Part shown: piece after piece, positions 59,281-64,000 of the stretch
How the letters are laid out: every line of letters starts with the position of its first letter
Position numbering within the stretch: position 1 is the first letter of the stretch
Source of the DNA: Alphaproteobacteria bacterium
Lineage (GTDB): Bacteria > Pseudomonadota > Alphaproteobacteria > Bin95
Direction: 5' to 3'
Assembly: GCA_964291285.2 (NCBI GenBank)
Contig: OZ219787.1
Coordinates: 1,056,001 to 1,120,000 of the forward strand
Length of the DNA stretch: 64,000 bases
Program-made: the position numbers and the translations under genes
The notes under the pieces: generated by a model
Seen by the model: the letters and a program-made list of their open reading frames with translations, nothing else
The model's database searches: none
What the model was told of the DNA's origin: nothing

Positions 59281-60282
59281 TTCGCAGGGGTTCTGCCGCG
59301 CCGGATACGAGACGGGGCGGGATGTGCGCATACAGCAGTCGCTACGGCGCCCCCTTTGCGGTTCCGGCGAAGCTGCGGCGGTAGCGGCCGGGCGTGGTGC
59401 CGACCAGGCGGCGGAAATGATGGCGGAGCGTCTCGACGGAGCCGAAGCCCGCCTCGGCCGCGAGGCGTTCCATGGGGAGTTGCGTTGTCTCCGCAAGCTC
59501 ACGGGCCCGGGCGACGCGCTGGCGAGTGAGCCACTCGCCGGGCGTCGTCCCGACGGTCTCCCGGAAGCGTCGCTGGAAGGCGCGAAGGCTCATGCCGGCC
59601 CGGCGCGCCAGATCGGCCCCGGTCAGCGGCTCGTCGAGATGGGCCGGCAGCCAGTCGAGCAGGGCGGCCAGCCGGCCGTTGCCGGCCTCGCGGGCAAGGG
59701 GCGCCGCCACGAATTGCTGCTGGCCGCCGTCCCGGTGCGGCGCCAGCACCAGCCGGCGGGCGACATTGTTCGCGACTGCCGCGCCGTGGTCCCGGCGGAC
59801 GATATGGAGGCAGAGGTCGAGGCCCGCCGCGCTGCCGGCCGAGGTCAGTACCGGGCCATCGTCGACATACAGCACATCCGCGTCCACCCGGATGTCCGGA
59901 TAGCGCCGGGCCAGCAGTTCCGCATAGCGCCAATGGGTGGTGGCGCGTCTGCCGTCGAGCACGCCGGCGGCCGCCAGCACGAAGACGCCGGAGCAGATGG
60001 AGACCAGCCGCCCGCCGCGCGCCGGAACCCGCTTCAGCGCCTCCAGCAAGGGCCGGGGTGCGGGCACGTCCACGCCCCGCCAGCCCGGCACGACAACGGT
60101 GTCGGCGTGCCCGATCAGGTCGAGGTCATAAGGCGCTTCGACGACAAGCCCGCCGGCAGCGCGGAGTGGGCCCGGCTCGGCGGCGCAGACATCGAAGCGG
60201 TACCAGGGGCGGTCCAGCTCCGGCCGGGGCAGACCGAAGATTTCGTATGTGCAACCGAATTCGAATGTGCAGAGACCGTCAT

Positions 60283-61978
60283 CCTAAATCCGGCAGTTGA
60301 GGATGGCTTGGCCTTGCCGAATCCCTTGTAGTCTGCGGGTATGAGCGGCTTTTCAGGGGCCGAAGAGGCTCACCCTTTGGGTGATTATCCTGGCGCTGTG
60401 CGGGATGTCGCCCGAGCGTCGGTGAAGGTGGACACCTTCGGCGGCGCGGTTCATGTGGAATGGGACCCTGATGCGGCGGTGACGCCGCTGGGGCATCTGG
60501 CGTTTTTCTCGGAATACCTGAAGGTAAGCGGTCGCTTTGACGCTTTGGTTGCGGACTGCCCGCTGCACTACACGAGCCCGAACGCGCCGTCGAAGCGGGA
60601 TGTCCTGGGGACGGTTCTTCTGTCGGTTCTGGCGGGGCAGTCTCGCTATGCGCACATCACGTCGCTGCGCGGCGACGGGGTGAACCCTGCGCTGCTGGGT
60701 ATGGACAAGGTTGCGAGCGAGGATTCGGTGCGGCGCGGTCTGGAGCGGATCGGTGCGGATGTCGGCACATCGTGGCTTCAGGGCCATCTGGACGAGGTGG
60801 TCCGTCCGCTGCTGAGGGAGCCGTGGGTTCTGGACTGCGACACGACGATCAAGGCGCTTTACGGTCGTCAGGAGGGGGCGGTTGTGAGCTACAACCCGAA
60901 GAAGCCGGGCCGCCCCTCGCATGCCTGCCATGCGTTCCTGATGGCGGGCACGCGGCTTGTTCTGGATGTCGAGGTGGCGCCGGGCAACCATCACCATTCG
61001 AGGCGCGCGGCGCCGTCCTTGTGGGCGTTGCTCGACCGTCTCGGTCGGGATCGCTGGCCGCGTCTGGTGCGGGGCGATAAGGACTGGGGCAGCGAGGCCA
61101 ACATGGCGTCGTGCGAGGCTGCGGGTCTGGACTATTTGTTCAAGCTGCGCCTGACGAAGGGGGCGCGCCGGCTTGCCGAGCGGCTGATGGTGCGGGACGG
61201 CTGGGAGGATGCAGGCCAGGGCTGGTCGGGGATCGGGGCCGATCTGCGTCTGCAGGGCTGGAGCCGGACGCGCCGGGTTGTGGTGCTGCGTCGGCGGCTT
61301 CCTGCGACGCTGGCGCTGACGCGTGGCGACAAGGCCCAGGGCGAGCTGTTCTGGACCGAGGCGCAGCCCGGCACCGGGGTGTGGGAGTTCGCGGTGCTGG
61401 CGACCTCGCTGGACCTGGAGATACGCTCGCTGGCCCAGCTCTACCGCGACCGGGCGGACGCGGAGAACGGCTTCGACGAGTTGAAGAACCAGTGGGGTTG
61501 GGGCGGCTTCACCACGCGCGACCTGACGCGCTGCCGGCACATGGCCCGGCTGATCGCGCTCATCTACAACTGGTGGAGCCTGTTCGTGCGCCTCGCCGAC
61601 CCCGACCATCACCGCGAGGCGATCACCAGCCGGCCGCTGCTCCTGCACGGGGTTGCCCGCCAGACCCACCACGCCGGCCAGACCCGGCTGACGGTGACCT
61701 CCCATCACGGGCGTCGCAAGACGGTGATGGCGGCGCTGCGCCGGATCGCCGGCTTCTTCCGGTCGCTGACGCAAACTGCGGAGCAGTTGAGCGCCGGGGA
61801 TCGCTGGCGCCGCATCCTCGCCGAGGCGCTCAGGAAATACCTCCATGGCCGCGAACCGGGGCGTCAACCCTGGCTGCCGCCACCCAGGGCCGCGACCACG
61901 TGCTGAAATCCACGCCCAAATCCGACCGTTCACACTACCCCGAGACAGCGATCAAGCTCGTCAACTGCCGGATTTAGG
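60283..61978 (+). mobile_element. IS1380-family insertion sequence (1696 bp)
   Basis: Perfect 18-bp terminal IRs CCTAAATCCGGCAGTTGA (60283-60300) and TCAACTGCCGGATTTAGG (61961-61978); 5-bp direct repeat GTCAT at 60278-60282 and 61979-61983. Confidence 0.93.
60341..61906 (+). CDS. DDE transposase, IS1380-like
   Basis: LDCDTT...YG.QEGA...YNP.K.G, VRGD, Y..R...EN..DELK; the single long ORF inside the IRs. Confidence 0.9.
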   Translation: MSGFSGAEEAHPLGDYPGAVRDVARASVKVDTFGGAVHVEWDPDAAVTPLGHLAFFSEYLKVSGRFDALVADCPLHYTSPNAPSKRDVLGTVLLSVLAGQSRYAHITSLRGDGVNPALLGMDKVASEDSVRRGLERIGADVGTSWLQGHLDEVVRPLLREPWVLDCDTTIKALYGRQEGAVVSYNPKKPGRPSHACHAFLMAGTRLVLDVEVAPGNHHHSRRAAPSLWALLDRLGRDRWPRLVRGDKDWGSEANMASCEAAGLDYLFKLRLTKGARRLAERLMVRDGWEDAGQGWSGIGADLRLQGWSRTRRVVVLRRRLPATLALTRGDKAQGELFWTEAQPGTGVWEFAVLATSLDLEIRSLAQLYRDRADAENGFDELKNQWGWGGFTTRDLTRCRHMARLIALIYNWWSLFVRLADPDHHREAITSRPLLLHGVARQTHHAGQTRLTVTSHHGRRKTVMAALRRIAGFFRSLTQTAEQLSAGDRWRRILAEALRKYLHGREPGRQPWLPPPRAATTC

Positions 61979-62123
61979 GTCATAGGCCAGCGCGACGACA
62001 TGCGAATGGGGCGGATGGTCCGGCATAATGGCGTGATCTTACCGAAAATGGGCAAAAGCGCCACGGAACTGTCTGGAGATTGCATCCATCATGGGAGTAT
62101 CCCGTTATTCCAAGGAACGCCCG

Positions 62124-62738
62124 ATGCTCCGCCTCTACGACAACCACACCTCCGGCAACGGATACAAGCCACGCCTCCTGCTCGCGCATCTGGGCCGGGA
62201 GTTCGAGCGCATCGAGGTCGATATCGACAAGGGCGGGTCGCGCACGCCCGCCTTCCTTGAGAAGAACCCCAACGGACGCATCCCGGTGCTGGAGTTGGAC
62301 GACGGCACCTGCCTGGCGGAGTCCAACGCCATCCTGTTCTATCTGGCGGAGGGGTCGCGCTTCCTTCCTTCGGACCGGCTGACGCGCGCGCAAACCCTGC
62401 AATGGATGTTCTTCGAGCAATACAGCCACGAACCCTTTATCGCGGTCGTCCGCCACTGGCTTCATCTCGGCGGGCTGACGGACCTGCAGCGCGCGCAGCT
62501 TCCGGCCAAGCGGGAAGGCGGCCACGCCGCGCTTGCCGTGATGGAGGGGCATCTCGGCCGGATGGACTGGTTCGGCGACGAGAGCATGACCATCGCCGAC
62601 ATCGCGCTCTACGCCTATACCCATGTGGCCGAGGAGGGGGAGTTCGACCTCGGCGCCTATCCGGCCGTGCGCGCGTGGCTCGACCGGGTCGTGGCGGAGC
62701 CCGGGCATGTCCCGATGGCGGTCGAGGGGTTATCCTGA
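62124..62738 (+). CDS. Glutathione S-transferase
   Basis: SGNGYK, NPNGRIPVL, L.ESNAIL.YLA, W.FFEQYSHEP, TIADIALYAYTH, YP.VRAW..R. Confidence 0.93.
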   Translation: MLRLYDNHTSGNGYKPRLLLAHLGREFERIEVDIDKGGSRTPAFLEKNPNGRIPVLELDDGTCLAESNAILFYLAEGSRFLPSDRLTRAQTLQWMFFEQYSHEPFIAVVRHWLHLGGLTDLQRAQLPAKREGGHAALAVMEGHLGRMDWFGDESMTIADIALYAYTHVAEEGEFDLGAYPAVRAWLDRVVAEPGHVPMAVEGLS

Positions 62739-62788
62739 CGGAGAACCCCCCGACCGAAGCCTGCCGCCCGGCGGCAAGGAAAACAGTG

Positions 62789-63268
62789 ATGACGAACGAC
62801 AAGACGCCGGCCGCCATTGCGGCCGCGGAGGTGCCGCCCCGGACGAAGCCGTCCAACTATCCGGAGCCCTTCGCCAGCCGCATGGCGCGGCGGCAGAAGC
62901 GGGCGCTCGGCGATTTCTTCGGCCTCACGAATTTCGGCGTGAACCTGACCAGGATCGCGCCGGGCGGCGAGTCCGCGCTGATGCACACCCACAGCAAACA
63001 GGACGAACTGGTCTATGTGCTGGAGGGCGAGGCGGTGCTGGCGACCCCGTCCGGCGAAACCCGGCTTTCCGCCGGCATGTGCGCCGGTTTCCCGGCCCGG
63101 GGCGAGGCGCATCACATCCTCAACCGCAGCGACCGGGACGTGGTGATCCTCGAAATCGGCGACCGGCCGGAAGGAGATGAGGGCAGCTATCCCCAGGACG
63201 ACATCCAGGCTGTCATGGGCGCGGACGGCAAATGGCGCTTCACCCGCAAGGACGGCACGCCTTACTGA
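62789..63268 (+). CDS. Cupin-domain protein
   Basis: YPEPF, LGD.FGLTNFGVN...PG..SAL.H.H...DE..Y.LEG, GFPA....H...N, YP.DD. Confidence 0.9.
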   Translation: MTNDKTPAAIAAAEVPPRTKPSNYPEPFASRMARRQKRALGDFFGLTNFGVNLTRIAPGGESALMHTHSKQDELVYVLEGEAVLATPSGETRLSAGMCAGFPARGEAHHILNRSDRDVVILEIGDRPEGDEGSYPQDDIQAVMGADGKWRFTRKDGTPY

Positions 63269-63304
63269 AAGCGTGTCGGCTCCGCCGGTCGCCTCGGGCG
63301 CGGT

Positions 63305-64000
63305 TCAGCGCTCGTAATGTTCGGCGTCCCGCGGGCCGGCCCGCATGTCGTCGATGGCCCGCGTGACATCCTCGACCGCTGCTTCCAGACGCGCGATGAC
63401 CGCCTCCGGGTCCCGTTGGAAGGGCAGGGTCTCGATCAATGCGCCGAGCCGCCCCTGCGCCCGCCATGCTGCATGCCGGGCCAGCTCCGTATAGACCGTC
63501 TCCTCGTCGTCTATGCCGAACAGGTCGCGCGCGCGGCTCTGGTCGTCCCGGCTCCGGTCGAGGGCGACATAGGCGTTGACCATGGTGATGCGCTCGGCCC
63601 GCTCGGCCAGAGGGACGGCGCGGTGCACGACCATATTGCCATGGAGCGCGACGGCGTAGCCGGGACCGGGAAAGTCCGGGACGACGACCCGGTCCCGGGG
63701 CGGGGTTCTGCCTTCGGCGGCGAGCGCAGCCGCTTCGGCCTTCGTGCCCGTGAAATACTCGAACCGGCCGCCGGCAATCCGGGTCGGGTCGGTAACCATC
63801 ATCACGTAGTCCAGCGGGATGGTATCGTGATGCCACTTGTCGACCGCCTCTGCCGGATCGGCGGGTTCGAAGTTCATGTGTCCGAGATGCACGGGCATGG
63901 AATGCGGCGCAACGGGCGCACCGTAAATGGCGGACATTGCCTCCGCGACCTCCGGGCTGATGCACAGATCCCGAAGCCAGCGGGACCGGTAGCAACCGCC
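63305..64000 (-). CDS. Putative Fe(II)/2-oxoglutarate oxygenase-fold protein, 5' end outside the window
   Basis: Frame stays open to the window edge (GGCYRSRWLRDLC...); WHHD...GG.FE...HG..V.HRA...ERITMV gives an HxD...H...R pattern. Confidence 0.6.
   Translation of the reverse strand, partial: GGCYRSRWLRDLCISPEVAEAMSAIYGAPVAPHSMPVHLGHMNFEPADPAEAVDKWHHDTIPLDYVMMVTDPTRIAGGRFEYFTGTKAEAAALAAEGRTPPRDRVVVPDFPGPGYAVALHGNMVVHRAVPLAERAERITMVNAYVALDRSRDDQSRARDLFGIDDEETVYTELARHAAWRAQGRLGALIETLPFQRDPEAVIARLEAAVEDVTRAIDDMRAGPRDAEHYER

Larger units (their letters stand above)
59342..62026 (-). pseudogene. ftrA: FtrA/GlxA-type (DJ-1 + AraC) transcriptional regulator interrupted by an IS after codon 16
   Basis: 5' piece 62026-61979 = MPDHPPHSHVVALAYD joins in frame to GLCTFEFGCTYEIFGLPRPE... 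below 60278; later SICSG.FVLAAAG, ATTHW, TSAGSAAGLDL, HRDGGQ.QF and an AraC HTH. Confidence 0.92.

Noticed and set aside
59264-60331. 355-aa plus-strand ORF
   Set aside because: Antisense to ftrA and runs into the IS end.
60353-61933. 526-aa antisense ORF spanning the IS
   Set aside because: Shadow frame of the transposase with no domain evidence.

Overview
This is a GC-rich bacterial chromosome segment, most likely alphaproteobacterial (inferred from gene families, gene order and a GAAY-N7-GAAC SOS-box-like motif). It is dominated by metabolism and transport: four ABC importer operons, CoA-dependent catabolism (a 3-sulfinopropanoyl-CoA desulfinase-like enzyme, CoA transferases, a double-hotdog dehydratase, prpB, partial prpF), selA-selB, sodC, cytochromes b and c', a ClC-CBS transporter, an orphan molybdo-hydroxylase large subunit and tRNA-Thr(UGU). 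Accessory DNA includes (i) a coupled Dam-type m6A methylase / NotI-fold endonuclease / orphan Phd antitoxin cassette, (ii) a complete IS1380-family element (18-bp perfect IRs, 5-bp target duplication) splitting an ftrA-like regulator, and (iii) an unexplained ~770-bp region beside the tRNA with a candidate LexA-controlled promoter, REP-like hairpins, 10-bp-period repeats and a low-complexity ORF. ftsEX seem to be missing from their usual place between the zinc-ribbon gene and ydcF-plsC. No CRISPR array, rRNA or prophage was seen. All product calls come from motif recognition by eye, not database searches.
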